This document shows, piece after piece, positions 12,721-23,888 of a stretch of 64,000 nt of DNA. Each line of letters opens with the position of its first letter. Position 1 is the first letter of the stretch. The notes below the pieces were generated by a model. The model was given only the letters and a program-made list of their open reading frames with translations. It was not told the origin of the DNA and ran no database searches. This stretch comes from Raillietiella orientalis. Taxonomy: Eukaryota. The stretch lies in the NCBI GenBank assembly GCA_036172245.1, contig JAYWIR010000041.1, positions 1,612,001 to 1,676,000 of the forward strand, read 5' to 3'. Made by a program: the position numbers and the translations under genes.

Positions 12721-13542
12721 TTAGTTCCGTGGGAACTCGCTGAGAGACTTTTCGTCATCCAGCGGAGGCAGCCAGCAGAGCAGCCTTCGGAAGAACTTGG
12801 CTACCCTGCTCCTGGCGGCGGTCATTCGGAAGTGTAGGGCGCTGCGACGAACAGCAGAGCGTCTGTCCGCCCCGCTGCACTCGTAGACGGTGGCCGACGC
12901 GTGGGAGAGGTTGCCGGCCGCCGTCCCGCAGCTGCCAACTGCAGCCAAAGTGCCTGCGGCGCCGCCGCCGCTCAGGTCCTGCTTGGAGGGTGCCTCACGT
13001 TGCGGCTGCTCTGTGCTCGCCGACAGCTGAACGTGTTGAGTGCGATCGGCTGCCAGCACCTGGCCCCAGATCGGCGCAGGCACGTACGCCGTGATCAGAG
13101 TCCACTCCCAAATGGGGTCGGAGCACGGTTGCCCACAGTGAGGGCAACGCGGAACGAGGAACGGATGACCGGCGCCCACTTCGAAAGGGCGCGCGGTCCA
13201 CGGATCCACTTGAGAGGCCACGTTCATCGACGCGAACGCATCCGGCGGCGCCGCTTCTCCGTGCGGCGCCCACGGATCCAGGAAGGGTTGAAGGCTTGCC
13301 TGGGTCGCTTCCGATGGCGTGGAGCTGTCACTGGATGTCGAAAGGGAGGTGGATGTTCTGGAGGCCCACAACCTGGGCAGACGCACGTACTGGCGCGGCT
13401 GCTCCCCTTCCAAGGCGCCCGGGTCGCACGCCAATCCGCTGGCGGGCGACTCCTCCGCCTCCGGAGTCGACCCGCGTGAATCGAACAGGGCGACCCACGA
13501 GCTGTCGCTAGAAGTCCGGGAATTCTCCTGAGCGTTCTCCAT
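12721..13542 (-). CDS. Intronless orphan ORF, 273 aa, Ser/Pro/Ala-rich, with CPHCGQPC and a basic amphipathic C-terminal segment
   Basis: ATG in a strong context (gcaaaATGG, 13540-13542) and an 822-nt stop-free frame with G/C-rich third positions. Composition is protein-like, unlike the Arg-rich shadow ORFs nearby. No family recognised. Confidence 0.5.
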   Translation of the reverse strand: MENAQENSRTSSDSSWVALFDSRGSTPEAEESPASGLACDPGALEGEQPRQYVRLPRLWASRTSTSLSTSSDSSTPSEATQASLQPFLDPWAPHGEAAPPDAFASMNVASQVDPWTARPFEVGAGHPFLVPRCPHCGQPCSDPIWEWTLITAYVPAPIWGQVLAADRTQHVQLSASTEQPQREAPSKQDLSGGGAAGTLAAVGSCGTAAGNLSHASATVYECSGADRRSAVRRSALHFRMTAARSRVAKFFRRLLCWLPPLDDEKSLSEFPRN

Positions 13543-13749
13543 TTTGCTTTTCGATGGCGTCACACTTCACCAAAAGAGCGAGCGAGCAGAAGTAGCCTGC
13601 GGGACAATTTTTCTTCCTAAGCGAAACCAAAGTGAAGGCTATCCGATGTGGCTGCTGCAACTTCCACCGATCGAACGGCGATGGATCGAATCGTGCCGCA
13701 GCATTCATCCAGTCAGCCCTTAACATCTCGGGAAGGCGGCTGCGGTCGT

Positions 13750-14260
13750 GGTGGCGTGTGACGACCTCTGTCCTGTCGCCAAGCGGTTACTCGTAGCAAA
13801 CAAGCATCCACGATGCTCCCGACCGTCTCCTCGTTCTCATTCCAAGCGTCTCTCCAGCGCAGTTCCCTACGGGAGTCTGTCGGGCAGATGCAGAACCCGC
13901 TGTTGCGCCGAACGAGAGAGCACGAAAGCGGTTGGGCCTGGGAGAAAACTGGCGTCCTCCGCAGCGTTCTCGGCGGGAGAACATCTGGCAGATGGGTGTC
14001 AAGAGGATGGCAAGCGATCGGGCCGGGCTCGAATTTTCAGGGTGTTTGTGGCCCCAGTGGAATGCGCACGCGCACGCGAGCCATGCGGCCGCTTGCTCCG
14101 TTCGAAATCGCACACCACCAACGTCCCCAAAGAATACAAAAGGGGCGTGCTTACGCTGTGCCAGGGCTACCCTGCTCGTGCCAGTTGATGGGAAAGGGCG
14201 TGGTTATTCGGCACTTGTTCGCACTTGTGTTACAGGGAAGAAGAGCATGGTAATGTAGAC
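13750..14260 (+). mobile_element. Decayed retrotransposon zf-RVT-like fragment
   Basis: ORF 13932..14258 contains SHAAAC...KGACLRCARATL...YSALVRTC, resembling the CxxC..H..C knuckle of the other copies. Confidence 0.4.
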
Positions 14261-14759
14261 GTCTATGACGATCCGATGCATCAATGAAATGAGCAGGTTG
14301 CATTGACTATGAGAGGAAGTCTTTGCATATTCCATATGTGGACATGTTTTCATCTATGCAGTGATGTAGATTGCAAAACGTGTATTAGAAAATGCATGCT
14401 TTCCGAATATATCCAGATAATATGGAATTCCATGCCTACGCATTTACGCTAACCTATTTCTATTCCTATGTATGTGTCCACATGATCTTCAAAGATTTAT
14501 GCGTCACGCATATCCAGAGTACACGCATATATATTTAGTTTTTCTAATCTCCAACATAGCCATGAGGAATGTGCTCGACAACTTATTCATAGATTGCATG
14601 ACTAAAAATGTCTGTCGACAAGTTTTACGAAACATGCAGGTTCCAGCGATAGGAATTTGAATAATAGGAATTCTAAGAAATCGGAATCGCTGTGTACGTG
14701 AAAATCAATTTGTATATGGATTCGTATGCGATAAACACACGCAGAATTCTTTTTCACTA

Positions 14760-17500
14760 TCCTTTGGGATTTCGTTTCTGGGGATTCCTATGGACGGCGC
14801 TTGCCCGGACGTTGCGTCGCTCGGAGGTGTCGGTGGAGTTCCGGGACACGGGCACACTCTCGCACTGGGCACCCGTTTGCCCAGTCACGAAGGCGGAGCG
14901 TTATTCTGGGCGAGCAAAGTTCCTCTCTCCAGCTTCCATCCGGAAAGCTTGCTTCTACAGAATTTCACTCAGAGATGAGGATGTCCGGAGTCTGCAACGT
15001 TGTGCAGTTCGTTTGCGGGCAGCCTCCCTCCTCTCGGTGCCAACGGCTGCTCATCTTTCCTAGCGACAGGTGATCGACCACGAGGTTTGCAGGACGCGAA
15101 AGGGAAAACCACCCGAGGGCACTGTGCATGTCTCATCATCGTCTGCTGGAGCTGTTCTCCTGCTGCCGTGAGCGCTTCCCGATGATTTCGAAATCTCCCT
15201 ACTTCGATCTGGTAGAAGCTCTGATGGGCGAGCCAATCACAAACTTCCATTTCTCGATCGCACCGTCCTCTCGTCCGCCGTCAAAAATTTCCTTTTCGAA
15301 GCACGACCGCGCCTTCCGGGGACATGCGCTTCAGTTGACGTTCGTGCAAATGCCAACTGCAAATTGGACCTAAATGCTTCTGAGCAACCGCTGCTGCTAT
15401 GCTCTTTTCGGTTGGCATGGTTTCTGCCATGAAGAGACAGGAAGCTGGGAGTGCCGAGAAGTCTTCTCGAGTGCCCTGCTCACCGTTTCTCATTGGTAAG
15501 TCGGGACGTAGAGCAGCCTGCAAAAGTTCCCCATCCAAACTCTTCCTTGGCTCCTGGCTGCCTCCTACCCCCGTTCCTCCCTGCTTTTCGAGCGCACTCG
15601 AAGGTTACGAGAAGAATGGGCACCACTGGATGGTAGTCGCCAAGAGGCAGAATCGGAGTTCCTCTGCCGGGCTGCAGGGGCGACGCTCAAGCCGCGGGGA
15701 GGACGATGGACGTCAACGGAGCTTTGCATTGTGAAAAGTCCGAGCGTCACCATTCTGACTGTCGAGCGAGCACGGTGCGCAGGTAGTGATTCCGGGAATT
15801 GGAGGAGACGGAGAAACAGCAATCCAAGTGGAGAGATGGCTTGGGCAGAGAGTAGGTGGGTTGGAGGTGGACGGCAGTGAGACGCTTCCGCGAATGCCAC
15901 ATGGAATGCGCTCAGCAACCGCCCTGGTCTTTGCAGGTCTCTGGAACTACTGCATTCACGTCGCAAGTGGGCTGTGAAGCGAACTGTGCACTGGCTGTGC
16001 TTCCGAAGCACGTTCGCCGGGAAATGTTTGGACAGCTCGCGCGTGATCCGTTTCTACGTCCACACGGGCAATGAGTGCGTTCAGGACAAACGAAGTGTCC
16101 TTTGCGGTGTGCTGCAGCGTGGATAGTGCGCTCACGGACGAGCCTGACTCCTTTTCCTGGCAGCATCCATCTGCGGAGCTCGGTGCGTGCGTGCTGCACC
16201 ATGCTTTTCGCAAGTGCCTCCTCACACGCCCTTTCGCAGGCATTTCGCTCTCTGCTCTGCTGAGCCAACTCAGCAGTCTTGTCTTGGAAGATGCCCTCTG
16301 AAAGATGAACTTGCTGGAGCGCGAGGAGCGATGCGGAGGAGGAATGGAAGACTCCGTTTCGAGAAGACAGATCGCTGAGGAGCCAAAGAGGGGCAGCCAG
16401 CAAGCAAGTTGCTTCGTTGGAGAAGCCCGCCACCGCCAGTCTTAGCGGGGTGAACACACTTCGGCACCGGTCGCGAGACGGGAGCAGCACAATGGTAACC
16501 GGAAGCGCACAAAAAAACACGCCGCCTTCCCCGGAACCCACGGCGAGCTTGGCCTGCTAAACCCATCCTCCAGTTCGGTCAGTTCGAAAAGGCAGCACTG
16601 GTCTCCTGAGGCTGCGTCCTTCAGGCAAGCGCGCTTCCACCATACTTGCTTGGTGGTTGGTGTCTTTCGTGAAGAGCGTACCTGGCGGCGGAGATCCGTC
16701 TGCCACCGTCCACACGCACGGCAGTTGCATACGGTGGAAAATCACAGCTGGCAGACGTGTGGATCGATTGGGATCATCGGAATGTTATTTCCGAGGGTGG
16801 CTCAGACACAACAGCCACGCTCCATGCTGAGGTTTTGCCAATGCGGCGAGTCCATCGGAAGACTCCGGGTGGTGCGCTCTGAACCCGGCCTGAAGAACTG
16901 GGCAGGTGGATGGGGGATTGCTTTCTCGACAAGCCGAAGGGAGACCGGAAGGAAGACCGCGCCGGGATTCTGGTCAAAAGAAACATCAGGAGCCTGTCGG
17001 TCCACATCTTCATCCCAAGGCCTCGTCTCTTACGCCCCTGTCCCACATCCGAAAAATTCGATAGCTGTTTCCGAGAAAACGAGCGAACGTCCCACCCACC
17101 GGGGAGTGCGACTGTTTCCGCACGGCTTACAAGATGTTCATTAGAGAGCTAATTGTCTTCGGTGGATTCGATTTCCAGATTTTTTTTTGTGTTCTACCCG
17201 AAGACGTGCTGAGGCCCCACAGAGCAGCGGGATGATGGGAGTGTATCCTCCGAGCGCGGGGTCTGCCGCAGTGAAATCCACCGCATCAGCTTCCGTTTCC
17301 TGCATGGATTCGCCTCTTCCTTCCGGAACAGATGACAAACCATCTCCTTTTTCACGTCGTCCTTTCATTCTCTCTCTACGCGCGTGTTTCCTTCCTTCAT
17401 TTCTTCTCCAACAGTCTGCAAAGCGTTTGCAAAGACTGCCGACGTTTCGAGGGCACGATTCCTGTAATGCGTGCTGCGTCGCTCGCACTCACTTTTCCGG
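14760..17500 (+). mobile_element. Decayed L1/Tx1-like retrotransposon fragments
   Basis: FWGFLW and RLPSHEGGAL (14770-14910) match the F.W...LP..EGGLG post-RT motif. The 16.7 kb segment resembles 47.15 kb in the opposite orientation (both translate to WTVADGS). Confidence 0.5.
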
Positions 17501-18471
17501 AAGCCAATCGTAAAATAATCGGCAGGGAATATTCGAAGGGCAATCGGACTTCATGTAGAATAGAATGATGTAAACCGGTATTTGGAAATTGACGTGGGAA
17601 TTGTGAGGTTGCTAACATTAGATACAAATATTCCTGTTTAATTATTTGAGCTTAAGAATTTTATTTGTTGTTGCTTATCAATGAAACGCATTTATCCGTT
17701 TATTTTATCAGTTTACCGAACTATTTGTAAGTAAACAAAACTGCAGGGTTTTTATATATTATGTGCTTGAAAATCTCACTAGGTAGACGGAACACAATAG
17801 AGAGTGCTTTTCATCAACATACAAATCCCTCTGTTCGTAGAAGGATCATTGCAAACTAGTCCAATCAGTAGTTCGTATGCAGCAGAAGGCTATAAACTAA
17901 AATTTCTAAATTATTCACAACTTTCGACAGTCAGAATGATCAATGTCTGTAGATAAATCTAAGCAGACGAAGCTTTATACAGACAAGCACTTTACCTCTT
18001 CAATCTCCTTTTGATAAATCCGATTCGTTCAAGAATCAATGGTGATAAATTTTTACAGCTTACAAGTTCAGTATGAGATCGGTTTCCCTTTTTTTTTTTG
18101 TTTTTTAAGAAAAAAAAAAGGCACACCAAAAAAGTATTAATTTTTGATGATTACGAATGAAGATAGGAGTATATCGAATTTGGCAAGTTCGAACAAGAAA
18201 TATGAAGTTTTAACCATTTATATTTAAGCTTCTTAAGATACTAACTTTCATTTATCCAAAAATAAGGAGAATTGTTTTCAATGTTTTTCCAGGATTATTT
18301 TGTGACAACTTTATCGTGGCCAATGATTCCAACGAGGAATGACTTTTGTAAGTATATAGAGCTGAAAATTTTTTTCATATGTCATTTTGGGTTACAGTTT
18401 GCCCTTGATACAGTACATGTCCACCACACGTTGAGTGCTCCAATGTAAGTTCGTGATGTCCACTTTTTCGT

Positions 18472-19600
18472 TTAACACTTTCTCAGTTCACCATGAATTT
18501 CAACAGCTGCAGATTGGTTTTGCCCCCTATCCCCTTTTCCCTGGACCCACATCTTGCTGGTGGGATGCTCGTCTATAAACTAAATATTTGAATTATATTT
18601 TGAGATTTGTCTGAATTAGATGTACCTCAGAAGATCCTTTTAAAAAACCTGTTGAAAAGCAAACCTGCTGAAGCACTTGGATTTTTTTGCGACTTGAATG
18701 AGTACATCTCATTCAGTACATTATCATCAAGGATAGACCCTTTTATTTGCATCTTCGTGGTAAACTCATACGCAGTTCTTCCGAAGTTTACTAACGAAAT
18801 CCGCAATTCCACGTATGTAGATCTATTGAATGCTGCTTATTATAATAGTTCATTTCGAGATTATTTTCGTCTTTAACCTTTTGCATATGTAAGTGGATTT
18901 CAGTCTAGCTTCAAGGTCCATGTACTTTTCCTTAGCAACGTTATAAAAATCTCATCGTAAAACCTCATTTTCAATCAGTTTAAGAATCAGATGTATTCGA
19001 CACTATTTGCTCATTAATTCTCTCTACCATGTTACGGAGTTTCAGTAGTTCTTGACAGACACGCAAGGAAAGTGTTCGTCATAATCGGATCAGAAATACC
19101 AATTTTCATATAAAGCACATTCAGTAGACCAGGTAGATCAATGCATAAATAAACTGAAACCATGCATTAAATGATTGAAAAACATTCATTGCGAGAAAGA
19201 ATCGTCGTTTCTGCTTACCTTTCAATGAGAACTGAGATTCCAAATGATGCATAAATGTCTGCAACCACGTGAACAGACGAAGACTTTGGGACAAAGTACT
19301 CAACCTACTACTATCTAGATCTACTAAATGAGATGGAAATTTCGGATATAGGCTCTGTATACAGATCTTTGCAATGTACTTTGAGATACGAGGTAATCAA
19401 ATCTTCAGCTGAGGCGAACATTGCCATGTTGCTCAATTCGCCTTCACGATGATTACAGATCCTTATAATAGAAGAAAAGATCTTAATTTCATTCTTCAAT
19501 AGAACTCTTGTGCAATCTGCTGCAATCTATTGGGGATCCTAGAGTGTCTGGACGAGTTACTTGCAAATACCAAATCAAAAATTTGCATATAAGCACAAAG
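18472..19600 (-). CDS. Divergent FAM98-family-like protein, multi-exon; exon boundaries partly unresolved
   Basis: Collinear exon peptides resemble FAM98 blocks: LSTLSQSLRLFTWL (cf. LLIQKNCLLLLTYL), LNVLYMKIGISDPIMTNTFLACLS (cf. LKGICIALGMSKPPANITMFQFFS), EKYMDLEARLKSTYICKR-STYVELRISLVNFG (cf. EKIEAINQAIANEYEVRRKLLIKRLDVTVQSFG) and SKMWVQGKGDRG (cf. NKVLMGRVPDRG). They are separated by short GT-AG introns. The start codon was not located. Confidence 0.6.
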
Positions 19601-21137
19601 GACAAACACTTATAACGTATTTAACGTATTTAACACTTATAACGACCAACGCTGTTACCATCACTCGGGAATCATGAGAATGATGGGCTGATGACTGAAA
19701 AGTGTATCCGGAGTGGACTGTTTAGTGGAATGAGTGGCTTCGACACATTCGTGATCTGTGTCGTGAATGTAACGAATCATGAAGATTTGTAAGTGTAAGA
19801 TAGATAAATGCATACAGCATTAGTCATGTGAAATGAATCCAAGAAAGATGAACACAAATAATTTGCAATTTTCAAAATAAATGTTGAAATCTTCAGAGCT
19901 TTCTAAAATGAGAAAGGAAATTCAAGATAAAAGTTTAATAAATTTCCCTTAAGCATTCATTTCTCTTACAAAGCACTGTTGAAACTTAAAATTACCATGT
20001 GATATGTGGAAGGGCTTTGCAGAGCCGTTGTACAAGCAAAGTGCCGAAGAAATAATAAAAACATATGAAAAAATTGACGAGAAACGGAATGATCACAAAG
20101 ATATTCTTTTTGAAGACGGTAGCAATGCACTAAGCAAAATAAGATGTGATGTTTTATTTTGTTTCGTAAATTCTGTTTTATTCGGAGATACTAGGCTGAA
20201 AAGACTGAATCACTCTAGATGGCTTTTATTGTGAATTTGAATAAACTAGTAAAGAAACTTTTTCATATGAATAATGTGCTAGTTTTTAAGCTGATGCATT
20301 CAGGTATGTATGCTTGATTTATTTTCACTTTGGAATTCAGATCCACTTCAATTAGGAACAGCATCTTTGATAAAATAAAAAAAATTTGAAAGAATGTTAC
20401 AGATAGTATGTGTATTTATTACAAGTCCTTTTAATGCTCTGGTTAAAGAAATGGATTTGTGTGAACATGATATTGTATGCTGTTAGACATGGGATATTTT
20501 AGAGATAGAGTTTGAATTTTAGATTCTCGAATTTTCTGTATAGGAATCAGTAATGATGTTTTTATCTAACACATTCCATTTTCAAGTGCTTAGGATACAC
20601 AGTAACCATACCTTAATGGGTATGCAATCATTAAATGAACTTTCATTGATATTATTGGTGAAAGTTGTGTGCATTTACTTTTTTCTTACTTCATCTATGT
20701 TATGTATTCTTTTCCTTTATCATTTTTAATGTTTTCTTGCTGCTGCTAGATGTTTCTCTGTAATAAAATAATGGCACGATTTTTTGAAGAAAAAGTTTGT
20801 TTAAGAAACATATGACGAACATCATGCTGTTGAATTCAGTCTCATCTCATCCGACTGCTTTTTCTAAAACCTTCGTTCCGTCCCTTATGTCCGAGATTTC
20901 AGAAATTCTTATTAAAATCGAATAATGACATTTTGCAAATCTCAAGGAAAAGGACTGACTCCGAAATTTATTCATTCAGTGGTCTACTTCTTCCCTAAAC
21001 TACAAACTTTGCTGCTTTATTTAAGTGATTATGCATCTTTCCAGCTTTTATCGAGTCGATATAAAGAACATTAAATTCGAAATATAAAGAAAGAAATCGA
21101 ATCAACCCCAAATCCTTTCACGAAATTATTTTAGATT

Positions 21138-21963
21138 TTAATTCATATCCTGTATTTCCTGATGTCTCAAAAAGTTAGAAACGGCACAAAACACATCAAC
21201 ATTGCAAATGATGTAATCAGCATTTACAGGAGCATTTCCAAATAGAATTAGAAAGTCATTCAGAAGTTTTCTCAAGATTTTAGACATTAACAACTATTCT
21301 CGAGTAAAATAATAAAAAAAAAAATACCAATAATTAGCTATAACTGCATTCCTCAGATACGGAAATAATGTCACCACAGTTATCTGTCCGCTGCCACTCA
21401 AATCATATTCTGTCATGTAATTGCACCAAATACACATGCAGCTGTAGAGGTTTTAAAAAAAGATGTTCATTATTAACACAGAGAAATTTCCGCTTCTATA
21501 CCTCAGAACACATAGGAATCCAAGAAGAAAGTCGTAAAATTTACGGCTGCCTTATAATGAAAGTATAAACAAAGCATCACAAGAGAAACTCTTTCATGCT
21601 TGCATGATTTTGCACATACTTAACGTATGTGTAAGAGTTATAATTCGTGAGCAGCTGCTACTAACATGAAAAACAAAATTCGTCTTATCTGTTTATACAC
21701 AGAATGGGATGTTTGTCTAACAGGATTTGGGCGAAGGGAATAGTTGAAAGTTACAATAAAATGTTGGACTTGGGATTCCAACTGGAATTCCTAAAACCAC
21801 ATATAGTGCTTTGGCAGCGTAAAAGAAAAAATACATAAATTACTGTATAGTTCAGAGAATTTTGAAGATTTCAAAATGAGTCAATGATTGTCATTACTAG
21901 AAACCTGAAAGAATCCAAGAAGAAGCGAAATATTCTTTTGAGAGTTGTCAAGAGTATTCTGAG
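21138..21963 (-). CDS. 3' exons of an unannotated gene encoding a divergent penta-EF-hand (calpain domain IV/sorcin-like) region
   Basis: Six phase-compatible GT-AG exons: 21905-21963, 21699-21790, 21620-21660, 21502-21550, 21375-21441 and 21138-21293 (ends in TAA). The joined peptide SVSSCSRIITL..KFYDFLL..WCNYMTEYDLSGSGQITV contains an EF-hand-like loop. The 5' exons probably lie in 22.0-23.8 kb but were not resolved. Confidence 0.5.
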
Positions 21964-23888
21964 CTGGAAATGTCATTTCTTTTTCTTGTGTTGTAATGAT
22001 CATTTTAAAAAACCTGGCTCCTAATAAAATGTTTATAGGAATCAATTATTAAAAAATGTTAACTCTTATTAGACATGGATATCTAAACAAAAATTGAAAT
22101 TTAGAATTTAAGAACGCTACATTTATAGGTCCTTAGATCTTCTGAAGCATTTGACCACTTGAAACTAAATTGTCATTCAAGTATTGATTTAGTAATGATT
22201 TCAAACTCTTAACTGACCGTAAATAAATCAATATAATGATTGTAATTAGGCAAAATTTTAAAATAGAAATCTGCAGTCATTTTTTAACTGAATACTTAGA
22301 TATGCAATTCAAATTCAGTCGCTCCTGATTTTTGTTACTTTTTTTTTTTGTTACAGGTTAAAAGCACGCAAGAGATTCTGTCGGCTTGATATGCGTAGTT
22401 CCGCAGAGAATATTGTACCTTCAATTTTGAATTCTTAATATTTATAAAGGAATGTCAGAAAACGGAGAGATATAATTCGTCTTAGAAATTTAATCTGAAA
22501 AAAATAAGTTTTTCCTCATTTGGAGGAAAAAACCCAGTGCACGCGTTAAATCAGTTTTTCTGTTGAATCATTTCTTTTAATGCTTGGAATTACGTTTAAT
22601 TTATCTTAATATATGTTGTGAATCACTGAACGTAACATTATCATGCTCTTTGGATAAGAGAGAAAATGTTAGTAAGAAATTATCATATGCGTAAATCAAG
22701 AATATGTCAGGCGTATCAATTAAAGAAAAAATTCAGAATTCACTTATGTTGATCTCTTTGTCAATTAGGATTTATTTTCAGTTCTTAGACCTCTGAGTTT
22801 CGTCAAATGCTTGGTGTCTCTTTGGTGGAAGTTTGTAAGTGACCATAGAATCAAGAAATTTGGTGCAATCCCCGATAAATAAAAATGTGTATTCTTGGAA
22901 ATAACAGCTACGCACATTCCATCTTCAAATCAATGTTCTTCTGAAAATGACCATCGCTGCTCTAAATGTCGAAAGAATAAAACATAAGAGAAATAAAAAG
23001 CATAAGAGAATATGATCATAAGCATAGATTCCAAATCATGAATATAATCGTTGATTAATGTATCAACTCGCTCCAACATAACTATAACAAATTGATGCCT
23101 GGAATTTTGAATGCAACAGTACTAGTCAGTGATATGTTTTGCACAAATGATGCGTTCAAAATGCTTTATATTCTTTATATACCTATTAATACGAAGTTAT
23201 TTATATATGCTTTGCAGTTTAGGAATAAAATGGATTTTTGTCTTAGCTTTTTAACTGCTTTTTAAAAAGTTTGTACGCGTCAGAAATATTTTATTTGTGA
23301 TGATTTGTGACAATATGTGATTAGAGAACACAGCCCCTTTGCATCTTTGCTTAGTGGCTAGATGAGTCATCACATCTCACTGTTTTCTAATTATTAATAC
23401 TGTGCATTATCATAACATTGTGAGCTTGGTACCTCATGCTTGATATATCATGCTTGCTTTGATTGTAGGCAGATGGGAATGTAAACAAAGTATATTTGGT
23501 CTGCAAACAAGAATTTTCGGAACAAATAAAAGTAACAGTTTCGTTCTGTAATGCATGGTGTTCTACTAGATAAGGAGAATTCCAGCGCGCACTTTTCACA
23601 TGCAAGTGGCAGTTTAAAAATCTCGAGTTTGTTTGAGATTAAATGAATAAGATGTATTTGATTTGCATGAACAGTGTACTTGATCGTCATGATGTGATTC
23701 ACATGACTTTGCCCCAATGGCATAAGCACACGGAAGAATGGCTATTATATCTGTAAAGGTACTTGAAGAAAATGATTTGAAACGAATAGTGACGATGTGA
23801 ATCCTTATTCTTTAGCGTGCAAGAATAATGCCATAATATACATTATCCCAGGTTTTCAAACATTGACTGAGTGTACTGTGCGTAGAAC

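Noticed and set aside
18293..18486. Plus-strand exon-like pieces with GTAAGT donors
   Set aside because: The joined frames hit stops, and the adjacent sequence is better explained by the minus-strand FAM98-like gene.
19688..19700. CTGATGA..GAAA hammerhead-like core
   Set aside because: There is no room for stem II and I found no flanking stems I or III.
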